Shown here one piece after another: positions 1 to 10,449 of a DNA stretch of 63,358 nt (the stretch's first letter is position 1; the number at the start of each line of letters is the position of its first letter). The translations under genes and the position numbers were made by a program. The notes under the pieces are model-generated. The model worked only from the letters and a program-made list of their open reading frames with translations, was not told the DNA's origin and made no database searches. The DNA comes from Paramoeba atlantica (lineage: Eukaryota; Protista; Discosea): contig CDRNVI010000166.1 of assembly GCA_977017575.1 (NCBI GenBank), positions 1-63,358 on the forward strand. The letters are read 5' to 3'.

Positions 1-24
1 GGTGACTTTTCGCTGTGGGGGGTT
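1..24. mobile_element. Right terminus of an AACCCC-TIR Tc1-like element (truncated by window start)
   Basis: GGTGACTTTTCGCTGTGGGGGGTT followed by TA; matches family right ends at 917, 24077 and 36636. Confidence 0.6.
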
Positions 25-29
25 TATAA

Positions 30-917
30 TATTTATAATATAAGTTTGAGCTCATTTTTGTTGCATTTTGCTGTTCCCAACACAAAGACTTTGCGCGTTA
101 TAGCATGGAACCAAGGCTCTCAAATGCGTGCATCCGATAGATGTATTATCACTTTCTTCACATTTTTCAAGAGACCAATTTCTCACACTTTAACAAAATA
201 AATCTTCTCCTCCCGTGAGAAATTCAATTATTTTTGTCCGTTTTCGCTGATTTTTGTTGCAAACGAGAGATCTCGTTCTCCTAGCAAAATTCTTTGCCGC
301 TATTCTTTAATATTGACCCACTTGTGCCCCCTGGCCGCGGGAGTGTTTGTTTTCTTAAATTAGTGTGGTATGACGATGCAAAAAAATAGAACCTAAAAAT
401 AATTTTTTTTTTCAGTTTCTAAAACGATCTAAAAATGGTGGGAACGTCTAGATCTCAGAATTTTGAACGAGAAAATGATATCTTAACACCCTTAGGCCCC
501 TTCAAGCAAAAAGTAAAGGGGACAGCTTAAAAAAGTTGATTTATCACCGTTTCAAGAAAGAACCAATCAAAGACAAATATTCCACCACGTGACAAATTGA
601 ATGTTTGTTATCTGTTTTTCATCATTTTTGTTGCAATCGAGAGATCTCGTTCCCCTAGCGAAGATCTGTGACACCATTTTCATGTTGACCCCCTTCTCCC
701 CACCTGGTCGAGGAACATGAGATTTTTCGGGTAATATTGGCATGACTATGTAAAAACGTCATTAAAAAAATGAGTTTTAATTTGTTATCTGTGAAGAGGT
801 CTAAAAACAGCGGGAACGTGCAGATCTCAAAATTTTGAACGAAAAAGTGGTGCCGCAACCCCCCTAAGCCTCGTTGTATAAAAAAAAGAGGGGGGTGACT
901 TATTCGTGTGGGGGGTT
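30..917. mobile_element. Non-autonomous, degenerate AACCCC-family derivative(s)
   Basis: Carries the family subterminal module AAAACAGCGGGAACGT.CAGATCTCAAAATTTTGAACG (about 805-845; second decayed copy about 420-480); ends GGGGGTT+TA at 917-919; left boundary approximate. Confidence 0.6.
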
Positions 918-1369
918 TATATGAGACGGTGTTTACTGATTAGATATAGTTTATTGATGTTTTATCTCCAATGCCTGGACGAGGCGTCGCCGACCGCTTG
1001 TTACCCAAATACTAATTACTAATCTTAACTCCTTGTGAATTTTCAGCGCCACTTCTCGTAACGCGTTGGTTGCCAGAGCTCTCGCTGCATCCTGCATTTT
1101 TTAGGGCCTCACACTTAGCGGAAGGCTCTCCGTTGTAAGTGCTTTTAATTTTGACCTTTAACGATTTTTCACTTTCTTTAGACTTACGTGATCCTATTAC
1201 ATGGTCGGCCTTCTCGGTTAGACCTACTCCCTTGTTGCGTGCTTTCTTAAGGGACCGCAGAGGAGGAAGTCTTGTCATGGTGGTGCCGAAATATTAAACA
1301 AAAAAATCAACAAGGTACAGAAATAGATAGAAATAGATAGTGACGACGAAATTTCATGTATAAATCTAT

Positions 1370-1545
1370 GCCATATGCTGGCCGATCTCATCCATGGTTT
1401 CCTGGAACGTAATGAGGCGCCTCAACCGTGCTAGATTGGTCGCCATCCACAAACCTAAAGGTGGCGTTAGGCCAGTCGCTATGGGAGAAGTCTTGAAACT
1501 AGCTGGCATAATTCTTATGCGAAGATACGAACGCATGCTGGACCC
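1370..1545 (+). pseudogene. CRE-clade reverse transcriptase fragment
   Basis: LVAIHKPKGGVRPVAMGEVLKLA matches the RPIAMGE motif also seen in the CRE copy at about 50620. Confidence 0.6.
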
Positions 1546-1614
1546 ACTACTCTCCCTCTCATTAATTTTTATAAATTATAAATTATAACAAAAAGTGAGT
1601 TATAATTATAATTA

Positions 1615-2574
1615 CCGTCCCCCCCCTATTTACTATTTAGTACCTTGCCCCCCCTATTTAGTGTTTAATTTCAAGGCTTCGCAGAAAATGGCGCCGCGAA
1701 GCGGCGCCGATTTTTTTTTGTACAACCCCGTTCACGAAAAATGGGACCAACCTTGAAAGAGCTGCGAGACTTGTTTTTAGTTACTGTCCCCCCTCCCCTT
1801 AAGCGCACCCGGTCAGCCCCCCTCCCCTTAAGCGCACCCGGTCAGCCCCCCTCGCCCCCCGTTTAAGCGCACATAGAGTTGAAGGAAAGAGCCCGGCGCC
1901 GCGAAGCGTCGCCAAATTTTTTTTTACGCAGTGATTCAGACCCCTACGTTTAAGTGCACTTTTCGCTGAAAACGAGGTGCGCTTAAACGGGGGGGGACAG
2001 TAATTTCTTTTTAGGCATACTCAGATTACCACAGAGAACACCGAAAAAATAGTGCCGAAGCGCAAGGAAATGGACCATTGTCGCCTGGGTTAGACGCAAA
2101 GCTTTTAGAAGCGGTAGGGGAAATAAAGGGTCTTAACTCCGATGTATCGCGCGGAGCTGATGACGATATCAGCCTTGACTCTTTGTCCCCTGAAAAGGAA
2201 GCACCCGTTCCACAATTAATTTCAGATCCAAGTGACGAACAATTCAAGTCCTTGGAGGAAAAATCAATGCCAAGGATGCAATTATCAAGAGGCTGCTTAA
2301 CAAGCTCTGCAAGACTAAACGAAAGATTAGAACTCTTGAAAGAGTGTGGAGGATTTCATGGAGCCCGAAACGCGAACATCAGCCGGTTCGTTTCGAAAGT
2401 TTTCGAGTGTAGTTTCGGTATCAACGAATATGGCGCCGCAAAGCGGCACCGTTTTTTTCCGCTCATTTTTTCATTTTTTATCTGTTTTTCACGTCTTTTT
2501 CATTGATCTTTCCTCTCCCCTACTTAGTGTTTAATTTTGCCGAATTCTACTAAACACTAAATAGGGGGGGGGGG
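1615..2574. mobile_element. MITE-like TIR element containing a nested MITE
   Basis: TA-flanked imperfect TIRs (CC)GTCCCCCCCCTATTTA ... TAAATAGGGGGGGGGGG; repeated CTA(T/C)TTAGTGTTTAATTT motifs near both ends. Confidence 0.5.
1784..2000. mobile_element. 217-bp MITE (CTGTCCCC TIR, TA TSD)
   Basis: TA-CTGTCCCCCC ... GGGGGGACAG-TA; internal TTAAGCGCAC repeats; close homolog at 29360-29539. Confidence 0.7.
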
Positions 2575-3394
2575 TATAATTATAAAAATTAATGATCCCG
2601 TATAAATGACCGCTATTTCAAAAAAAGGTCGGCGCTAGTACGATCTGTAAGATGGTAGTGCCAGGGAAATTGTTGGAAATAATTCGCGTAAGCACAAAAC
2701 GATAGTGCTGAAATTCGGTTCAGAGCCTAGAGATTTTCCATGCCTCGTATATTTCACTGCTTGTTTCGACAAGGCGTCCACAGCGTCGCATACTACGTTT
2801 TTGATTGAAACTGATAACTGTTTTTTTAACGACAGGGTCGACCCCTCTTCGCTGGAGTCCGATTCTTCTTCGTTACCTGACTCTGCGCTATCAGGACTCA
2901 AAATTTGAAATTGTTCTGTGAGTTTATGCCATTGAATAGCCCCATTGGCATCGCAAAACCACATAAGTCGACGGTTCTGCTTATCCCAGAAGACAGGAAC
3001 CCCTTAAGCCCCCTTAGCAAACAATACAGTGGCATATACGCTGCACTGCAATGAGCAAAAAGCTTCTCTTTGTTCTATAAAGCATTGGCCATGTATCCCC
3101 TCCATCATACTTTCTCTGCACTAAACATGGCAGCACGTGTTGAACGGAGATAGTCTTCCCATAAATTACCAAATAAGTTTGTATTTTCTCACCATCTGCC
3201 TCCAGCATAGAAATCAACCATTTGCGCTTTTCTGTAAGAAATTTCTTCGAAGGGCGTCCATCCACGTTCACAAAATAATCCATCTTAAGTAGAGTAAAAG
3301 AAAAAATTCTTTGGTTTAGAAAAAAATTAAGAAATTGCGTTCGATTAATTTCTGATTTATAAAAATTAATGATCCGCATAAACTAAATTTTTAT

Positions 3395-4075
3395 TCTGCA
3401 CTCCGCGGCGGATGCAGCCCTTGCTCAAGAGCAGATGGAGCAATACGAATTTTCCCGAATTCAGGTTGATGAAACCTTTATAGGGAAACGGAAATATCAG
3501 CGGGGGAGGCGACAGCGCAAACGGGGGTGGTGGTTTGCGACAGTTACCGAGATTCGAGGTCAAGAAATGGGAAGAACCCATAGCTAGTGAAACGAAGAGA
3601 TACGGAAACTCTTCATAACTTTATTCTTCCTCACTTGACAAGTGCGAGGGCTGTCGTGGTTAGCGACTGTTGGGGGGCGTACACCACTTTGGGTGACTTT
3701 TGTCGCCACCACGCTGTGAATCACAGCGTGGAGTTTGTGAACTCCCAAGGGTACCACACGAACACCGCTGAAGGGTCACATCGCATCATAAAGGACTGGG
3801 TGCGGAAACAGCACTACAATTTTGGTGCCATGTCCTTGGAATTGATGCGAAATGTGGCCCTTCAGTGTGTGAAGTTGGGGGACGTCCACAACGGGCGAGA
3901 GACCGCGTGGCAAGTTCGCATGGCAAACCTTTTCACGTGCTTCCTGGAATATTACGGAAGTGATGTAGATGATTTTGAGGACAGCGTCAGTTTGAGTAGT
4001 TGTCCGTCAGATTACATGAGCGAAGATGATTTCGTTCCAAGTGAGACTGACAGTGTTACAATGGAAGACAATTAA
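3395..4075 (+). pseudogene. Merlin (IS1595/ISXO2-like DDE) transposase, frameshifted and 5'-truncated
   Basis: IQVDETFIGKRKYQRGRR (about 3460-3510), 1-nt frameshift near 3580, then VVSDCWGAY, HAVNHS, HTNTAEG; acidic C-terminal tail. Confidence 0.85.
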
Positions 4076-4248
4076 TATTTCCTTTTTTTTGTACATAACT
4101 ATATAGTTTGCTGGGACTCAGAGCTGAATCTGACTGGCTAAAATAAAAACAATAAAAAACAAAAAAAAAATAAAAAAAAATAGTTTTGGGCGCGGAAAAT
4201 TACTGCATGCAAGGATTGAATCCTTCTCCAGCTAAAGATTCAGTTTCC

Positions 4249-4367
4249 GTAGCCCACTTCTGGAGGCAAAAGCCCCCGTTTGCGAGCAAGGCCCAACGTT
4301 GAGCGAAGCCCACTTCTGGAGGCAAAAGCCCCCGTTTTCGAGCAAGGCCCAACTGTGAGCGTAGCCC
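4249..4367. repeat. 56-bp tandem repeat (2 copies plus start of a third)
   Basis: AGCCC starts at 4251, 4307, 4363; unit AGCCCACTTCTGGAGGCAAAAGCCCCCGTTT.CGAGCAAGGCCCAAC. Confidence 0.85.
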
Positions 4368-4890
4368 TGGGACATAATAATATTTTTCGGCGACCCGCGC
4401 GCTCCAGCGCGCGGGTCGCGCACTGAGAACCTGTGTTTACCCCTTCCGCAGGATTGTCGCTCAAAATATGTATATGGATCAGTCAAAAACGCTTCGATGA
4501 AGACAAACAGAAAAAACAGTGAAAGTTGACTTGCGTGCTGCGTGGCACAGCTCCTAGCAAGCGATAAGGGGGGGCTTGTTCTAGGGAGGTAACATCTCCT
4601 CGGAGATATAATGCCTAAAAAAATCAAAAATCAAACGGTCGATATGGGTTGAGTCGCGTGCTTTTCGTCGTCCTTCCCCGATAAATGACAATTTCTTCCG
4701 GATGTATCAGCACGAAGTTCACTCTTGTTAGCTGCGTAACCTCTGTCCACCTGGCTGCCGCCTTCCAACAAATTAGTATCGCCATCCATTCCGACGCTGT
4801 AACTCGACAAGCTAGCTTCTTTAGTAAATAAGGCGTGACGGGCAGCATCTGCCTTTGTGGCTCCAGTGCGCCTTGGGCTTGAAGAGCTCT

Positions 4891-5351
4891 AGGAGGCCTT
4901 GGGCTTGAAGAGCTCCAGGAGCGGTGCGGGCGTACTTGGTAGACGATGGGCCTTATAACCTGCAGGTTGTGGGTTCGATTCCCGCTATCGACAAAACTCG
5001 CAACCTGGCTGCCTCACTACAAAGGGAGAGCGATCAGGAGTGCCTTCAAGGCCCAACCAAACCCTGCTCCCCTGGAGGACCGACCCGGAACCGCCGGGCT
5101 GAACCAGGCTCCAGCGCACCCGCTAAATTGCGAGCTGCTTACGCAAAGGAGGCTTGAGACACAGCCTACACGATGCAACGGGGTTGGACGCCCGTCCTGG
5201 GAGCTACGGTTGGGTAGCCGTTCTCGGGCCGCAAGGCGTCGAGTGCCGTCCGGGAAGGGGGTAGCAAGACAATGAAGGTCAGTGACCTGAGACTCTACCC
5301 TAACGGTTGGCGCTGCAGATCCCTCCGTGTCTTCTTCTTCTCTTCTTCTTC
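4891..5351 (+). mobile_element. tRNA-derived SINE-like retroposon with (CTT)n tail
   Basis: 11-bp TSD TGAAGAGCTCT at 4880-4890 and 5352-5362; tRNA-like head 4920-4993; about 340-nt GC-rich body; tail CTTCTTCTTCTCTTCTTCTTC 5331-5351. Confidence 0.75.
4920..4993 (+). pseudogene. tRNA-like sequence (Ile-TAT/Met-like), head of the SINE; not a functional tRNA
   Basis: Perfect T-arm GTGGG-TTCGATT-CCCGC (box B GGTTCGATTCC), box-A-like GGCGTACTTGG, anticodon-loop-like CTTATAA; acceptor stem 5/7 paired, anticodon stem degenerate. Confidence 0.7.
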
Positions 5352-5773
5352 TGAAGAGCTCTTGAGTACAATTTTAGCGGGGTCACTTCGTACGACATCA
5401 GGTTGAGTACGGACTGCAGGTTTTTCACATAACTGTGACGTGTCGAGGTGTGACGTGTCGCTGCTTTCGACAAAATTCTTCCATCCTCGTCCATAGTCGA
5501 CTTCTCGAAAGCCAGGTCCCTTGCGTCCACATAGGCTGTACAGCCGTTACCACTATTCGCCCCGTCGCTGTGGTTGGGTTTCATGAATTTTGGAGGTCAG
5601 ACTGTGCATAGTCGAGGTGTTTTGCCGAATCGTGTTGTTGGATGGACGAATTTGTCGCTGCACGGCACGATGCATCGTGAGTTCTTGTCTCGAAGAATGA
5701 TAGGACGTGTTTAATAAAATCACCCGCCGTCGTTTCAACGGCTGGGCACAGTATTCGGGGTGGGGGCCATTTC

Positions 5774-6851
5774 CTAGTAAGGCCGTCTTTCGCCGCGAGC
5801 ACCACGCATCGTCGTTGCCGCGGTGCTGGTCACGGTGCTGCTTGCCACCCCTCGCCCGAAACCCGATCGATTCAAGGCGGGGCAGTCGGCCCGAAAATGT
5901 CCAGTTTGCCGACAGTTATAACAGACTCGTTGACGGAATGTCCGTCCGCGCGTGCGATTTAGCTGTGTAGCACGCAAGTGCTCTTCAATCATGGCTTGAC
6001 CGTATTTGTCTCCCGGGTTCTCCTCCTTGTACAGCTTTTGATGAGCACGTTCAACTTCCACTCCGGCGGCGGCTCAGTAGTGGCTGCGAAGCTCTTCTAC
6101 AACTATCACTGCCATGTTTAGAAAATGACCATCCCGCCAGTCCTGCCACTCACGGGCAGAATAAATTCATTCGATCAAGAGCTTGAAAAGTCGTTCGCGT
6201 TGCGGTGGGGGATTAAATCGGACTCCTAACTGGGGTGCATCCCGCAGCTCCCTAATCAAATCTCTTGCTTTAAACTCATCGCCAGCATTCAACCAAGGTC
6301 CCCACGTAGTCGGATCGTACGGAGAGAAATTCTTTGGGTCATCGGGAACCACAGCGCGTAGGTCCATCTCTGCCTGCTGAGCCGCGAGGGAACCGTCTTC
6401 AGTACCGTCCGGCATACAGCTATCAACCTGCACGATCTCAAGGGCAAAATATCGAATTCGCGGATGAGGAAAAGGATAGCTTTTGTTAGGTTCGTCATCC
6501 CACTTTGCAACCAACTCATCATTGTTTCGTTTTTTTGGGGAACTTAAAAGAGACTGACCCTTCGACGACCTGCTGAAAATCATCCCCCTGCTCCGCCCAC
6601 ACAGCCTTGATCCTAACCTTTCGCTTCGCTCGCAAAATATCAACTATTCGAGCTTGGAACTCTCCTCTTTCGACATCAGTCATTAAACGGGTCTCGCGGT
6701 CTTCCACCTGCTCGGGATTCAGCGTTCCATCCCTGCGCTCGCGTCGTGGCCCTCGACGTCGAGATGCAGGAGGATCAGGAGCGACGGGAGGCGGACTTTC
6801 AGCTCGTGTCATCGACACCGCCCGTCGCACCGCATCAACGATACCAGACAA
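5774..6851 (-). pseudogene. gag-like ORF (frameshifted) with CCHC zinc knuckle, upstream of the tyrosine recombinase
   Basis: Successive ORF pieces 6519..6851, 6167..6643 and 5774..6061; CYNCRQTGHFRADC knuckle. Confidence 0.7.
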
Positions 6852-7080
6852 CTCGTAGCACTTAGCAAAACTTGAAGACTACTATCAAAATATATAAAAT
6901 ATTTATTTCCATGTATCACTATAGAAACTATTCATAAATAAAACGTACAATGCCCGTCGGCCAATTTTCATCACTATAAAGCCCCTCCTAAATTTCCTTC
7001 CGTGAACTTCTACTGTATCTGTGCCCATGTTGAATAATACGAGATAGACTTGACTTTGGAGACTAGAAGATTATTTGACT

Positions 7081-7410
7081 TCAAAGGCTTATGCCACCTA
7101 GCCATTTTTCACCCTGTATGTGGTTCCGCAATTGCGATACGATAGTGTAAGCCGCAAACTTTTCATTTTCCAATTGAAAAGCTTCACGTATAACTTTTGG
7201 GTCAGAATCCGCTCGTTTTGCAAGGGCTTTGATCAAGACCTTGGTATCTTCATGTAACATTCCACAATCCGTTAAAGCGATGCAACGAAAATACTCTGGT
7301 TCTAATCCCTTCTCTACAACGTATTTCCGATGTTTCTTTCTACGGCACTCTCTAACAGGGCTTTGCTGGTCTGTTTTTGGTAACTGCTGCATAGTGTGTG
7401 GACAACTGTG
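7081..7410 (-). pseudogene. C-terminal (RLE-tail) fragment of a CRE-like non-LTR element
   Basis: ECRRKKHRKY...FRCIALTDCGMLHEDTKVLIKALA resembles the K..(H/Y)...F.PLAFTVFG..GKRTVLLL tail of the CRE copy at about 52200. Confidence 0.55.
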
Positions 7411-7494
7411 ACATCATATAGAACTCCAATATCTGGATTCAATATAAATTTATATATATATATATATATTTATATCCTATTATTATATAATATA

Positions 7495-8833
7495 AACCCC
7501 TGGCCAAAATAAGGCACCCCCCTCTAAAAATTCGATGCTTTGTTTGTTTGAGCTAATTTCAATGGCATTTTGCAGATCTCAGTTCGGGATTTATGTCATC
7601 CCACACTTGGTCACTAGTCCTATAGCTATTTATAAAGTGGAAACTATTTACCACTTTTTTACCTTTTCGCCACCTAGTTCGACGCAGGCCTTCAGTCTAC
7701 GATCGAAGCTTAAGATGGTATCATTTATCATCTCAGTAGGTAAAGAACTCCATGTGTTTAGAATACACCTTTGCAGTTCGGAAACTGTAGATGGTAGCTT
7801 TTCATTTACGTCTTGTTGTACCATTGACCATATGTTTTCAATGGGAGAAAGATCGGGAGAATTTGGGGGCCAATTTTTTAGTAGATTAATTTTTCGTTTG
7901 TTCAGGTAATTTATGGTGGCCTTGGCCGTATGAGCGGTGGCACCATCTTGTTGAAATATTCTTTTGCGGGGGAAATAAACATGTTTTAGTGTGTCTATGT
8001 ATGTTTCGTGGGTAATAGAGGTCCTGCTGGATAAAATTTTTAAGCATCTCCAGTTAATTCCTATAGCACCCCACACCTGACACTTAGGCGCCCAGCGCAC
8101 CTTTAGTCTCTTTGCAGGGGTCTCTCCTTTTTTTACCCACATTTTCATTCGATTATCGTTTGTATCAAACACCTTCTCATCTGAGAATATCAATTTCGAT
8201 GTGTCCTCTTTGTAATTTAAAGAAAACTGTACGCGTTTTTCTTTTTGTACAGCGGTGAGCCCTTGTGAAATTGGGCGTGGCCTGTATTGATGCCCTGCTT
8301 GCCTCAAATCTCGACGAACAGTTCGAGGGCTTGCAGTAACACCCTTTCTGCACAAAACAACAGAAATACGCTTTGAACTGTTGTACTTTGGCACCCCTGC
8401 CGCATCTTTCTTAGAAATAATGGTTTCAATCCTTTTTTTACGAGACTTTATTTTTTTTTTCTGTGGGGATTTCTTTAGGCTTTTTTTCGTCTCAATTTTG
8501 GGGTGATCACGGAGGTATTTTCGAATGTATTTCACGCTTACATTCAATTCACGTGCTATTCGTTTCTTTGGGATGCCATCTTGAAACCTTAAAAGCATGA
8601 GTTCCTTCCCCAGGGGGCTGAGGCCACCTTTCGGAGGCCTGCGGAATGATTTTTTCATAAATCGACCCTAATGTTAAAGTGGTAAAATATTTTTTTATTT
8701 TTTTATTTTTCATGAGCTAAAAACAGCGGGAACGTACAGATCTCAAAATTTTGAACGAAAACATGGTATGATAACCCTGCCATACCCCCTCATGCAAAAA
8801 ATAAGGGGGGTGCCTTATTGGTGGCCAGGGGTT
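7495..8833 (-). mobile_element. Full-length Tc1/IS630-like element, AACCCC-TIR family
   Basis: TIRs AACCCCTGGCCAAAATAAGGCACCCCCCT / AGGGGGGTGCCTTATTGGTGGCCAGGGGTT, TA on both sides, intact transposase. Confidence 0.92.
7648..8658 (-). CDS. Intact Tc1-like transposase, 336 aa, D-x77-D-x35-E
   Basis: HTH (IARELNVS), IFSDEK, FQQDGATAH, WPPNSPDLSPIENIW; spacings counted by hand. Confidence 0.92.
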   Translation of the reverse strand: MKKSFRRPPKGGLSPLGKELMLLRFQDGIPKKRIARELNVSVKYIRKYLRDHPKIETKKSLKKSPQKKKIKSRKKRIETIISKKDAAGVPKYNSSKRISVVLCRKGVTASPRTVRRDLRQAGHQYRPRPISQGLTAVQKEKRVQFSLNYKEDTSKLIFSDEKVFDTNDNRMKMWVKKGETPAKRLKVRWAPKCQVWGAIGINWRCLKILSSRTSITHETYIDTLKHVYFPRKRIFQQDGATAHTAKATINYLNKRKINLLKNWPPNSPDLSPIENIWSMVQQDVNEKLPSTVSELQRCILNTWSSLPTEMINDTILSFDRRLKACVELGGEKVKKW

Positions 8834-9185
8834 TATAATATATATATATGAGGGGCTGCGGATCGCGGGTTCGGCGCGGGTTCGGTGCGGGTTCGGCCTC
8901 TATCCTGATGGATAGAGGAGGAGTTTCGGGAGCAATCCACATGGGCTGTAAATCTTACAGTTGCTCCCATGTGCAGTTCAAAGCGCACATAGCTAAGGAA
9001 GAGCTAAGGCGTCTGAGATCAGTGTCCGTGGCGACAAAAGGACTTGCTCTCTGTAGCTCAAGAAAAAAATCTGTGAGTTGCTCTCTGGTAATGCCGTACA
9101 TGATAGAATTGCAGGACGCCTAGAGAGAAAACAAAAAGTAAGATGACATTCATGGGTAAGATACCTAACTTATTCATGATACATA

Positions 9186-10116
9186 AACCCCTCCGCATCA
9201 AAAAGGCACCCACCCTTATTTTTTGCGCGAGGGGGCTAGGGGGGTTATCGCACCACTTTATCGTGCAAAATTTTGAGACCTGTTCGTTCCCGTTGTCTTT
9301 AGGTCATTTCGAAAACTAAAAAAGAGTTGGATTTTTTTTTAAAAAAATCACTTTTCATGTCAAGAAATACGTATCGACTTCCCAGGGGTGGTCTTACAGA
9401 AAGTGGAAAAGTGTTATTGCGCATGAGGCTTGGCCAAAGGGTTGCGATAAGGCAACTAGCCCGCGAGTTTAATGTCAATGTGAAACATATTCGAAAATAT
9501 TTGAAAAACAATTCGCCTGAAAATGTTTATACTCTGAGCCCTGAAGTAAAAAACAGAATAAAAAGACACCTTGTTGTTCTCCCACCCATCTCAATTACAT
9601 GTGTTTCGTACATTAAAACATTAAAAAAAGCACCATTCACCCCAAACTGTATTTTTCAGCAAGATGGGGCAACACCTTAGACTGCCAAGGAAACAAAAGC
9701 GTACCTTGAGGACGGCAACATGAAATTATTGAAAAATTGTCCGCTCAACTCCCACGATCTCTCACCAATAGAAAACGTGTGGAGCATGGTACAAAATCTT
9801 GTAGATGAATACAATCCTGCAACTAAAGAAGATCTCATAAAAAGCGTACGTAAAGCTTGGCGTAAATTGCCTCAAGAATATATTGATGATTCGGTTTTGA
9901 GCTTCGATGCTCGCCTCAAAGCTTGTGTGGCGAGTAACGGAGAAAAAGTGAGAAAATCGTAATCTCTACCTAAAATATAGGTATTGGTTTCTTTTTGTCT
10001 CATTTCTTCACGCGCAAAGTCTTTGTGTTGAGATCTGCAAAATGCAACAAAAATCACCCCAAACGGACAATTGGCTGAAAAGTTAAGGGCGGGTGCCTTA
10101 TTGGTGCGGAGGGGTT
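9186..10116 (+). mobile_element. Internally deleted AACCCC-family Tc1 (931 bp)
   Basis: TIRs AACCCCTCCGCATCAAAAAGGCACCC / GGGTGCCTTATTGGTGCGGAGGGGTT; N-terminal HTH fused in frame to the region before QQDG; stop in QDGATP*; x35 spacing retained. Confidence 0.88.
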
Positions 10117-10120
10117 TATA

Positions 10121-10304
10121 AGATGACATTCATGGGTAGGATACCTAACTTATTCATGATACATATAAGATGACATTCATGGGTAAGATACCTAACTTAT
10201 TCATGATACATATAAGATGACATTCATGGGTAAGATACCTAACTTATTCATGATACATATAAGATGACATTCATGGGTAAGATACCTAACTTATTCATGA
10301 TACA
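10121..10304. repeat. 47-bp minisatellite (4 copies here, a fifth at 9140-9185 split off by the Tc1 insertion)
   Basis: AGATGACATTCATGGGTAAGATACCTAACTTATTCATGATACATATA starts at 10121, 10168, 10215, 10262. Confidence 0.92.
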
Positions 10305-10449
10305 AGATGCATGATATCTAAAAAATGAATGATATAAAGGTTAGCACTTCAAACTTCAAAAAAAACGAGCTTATCACTTCTCTTGAATTAGAACTCTTTT
10401 TCTCTTACGTACACTTTGTGCGGGAAACGTTCGCTTCTGCGAGGGAAAA

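Larger units (their letters stand above)
4624..5584 (-). pseudogene. Tyrosine recombinase of a VIPER/TATE-like retroelement, split by a SINE and 3'-truncated
   Basis: Removing 4891-5362 joins ORFs 5300..5584 and 4624..4848 in frame (162 aa): STRHSYVKNL...KLYSRALQ|AQGALEPQRQMLPVT...ILICWKAAARWTEVTQLT (box I Arg)...GRTTKS (catalytic Lys); box II absent. Confidence 0.75.

Noticed and set aside
4920-4993. Functional tRNA-Ile(TAT) gene
   Set aside because: Anticodon stem largely unpaired, first two acceptor pairs missing, and it lies at the 5' end of a TSD-flanked insertion
4994-5330. Group I intron or 7SL RNA
   Set aside because: Only a weak P-like AAATTGCG match, no convincing Q/R/S set or SRP helix-8 motif; TSD and tail favour retroposition
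10121-10304. CRISPR-like 47-bp array
   Set aside because: Head-to-tail identical units with no unique spacers
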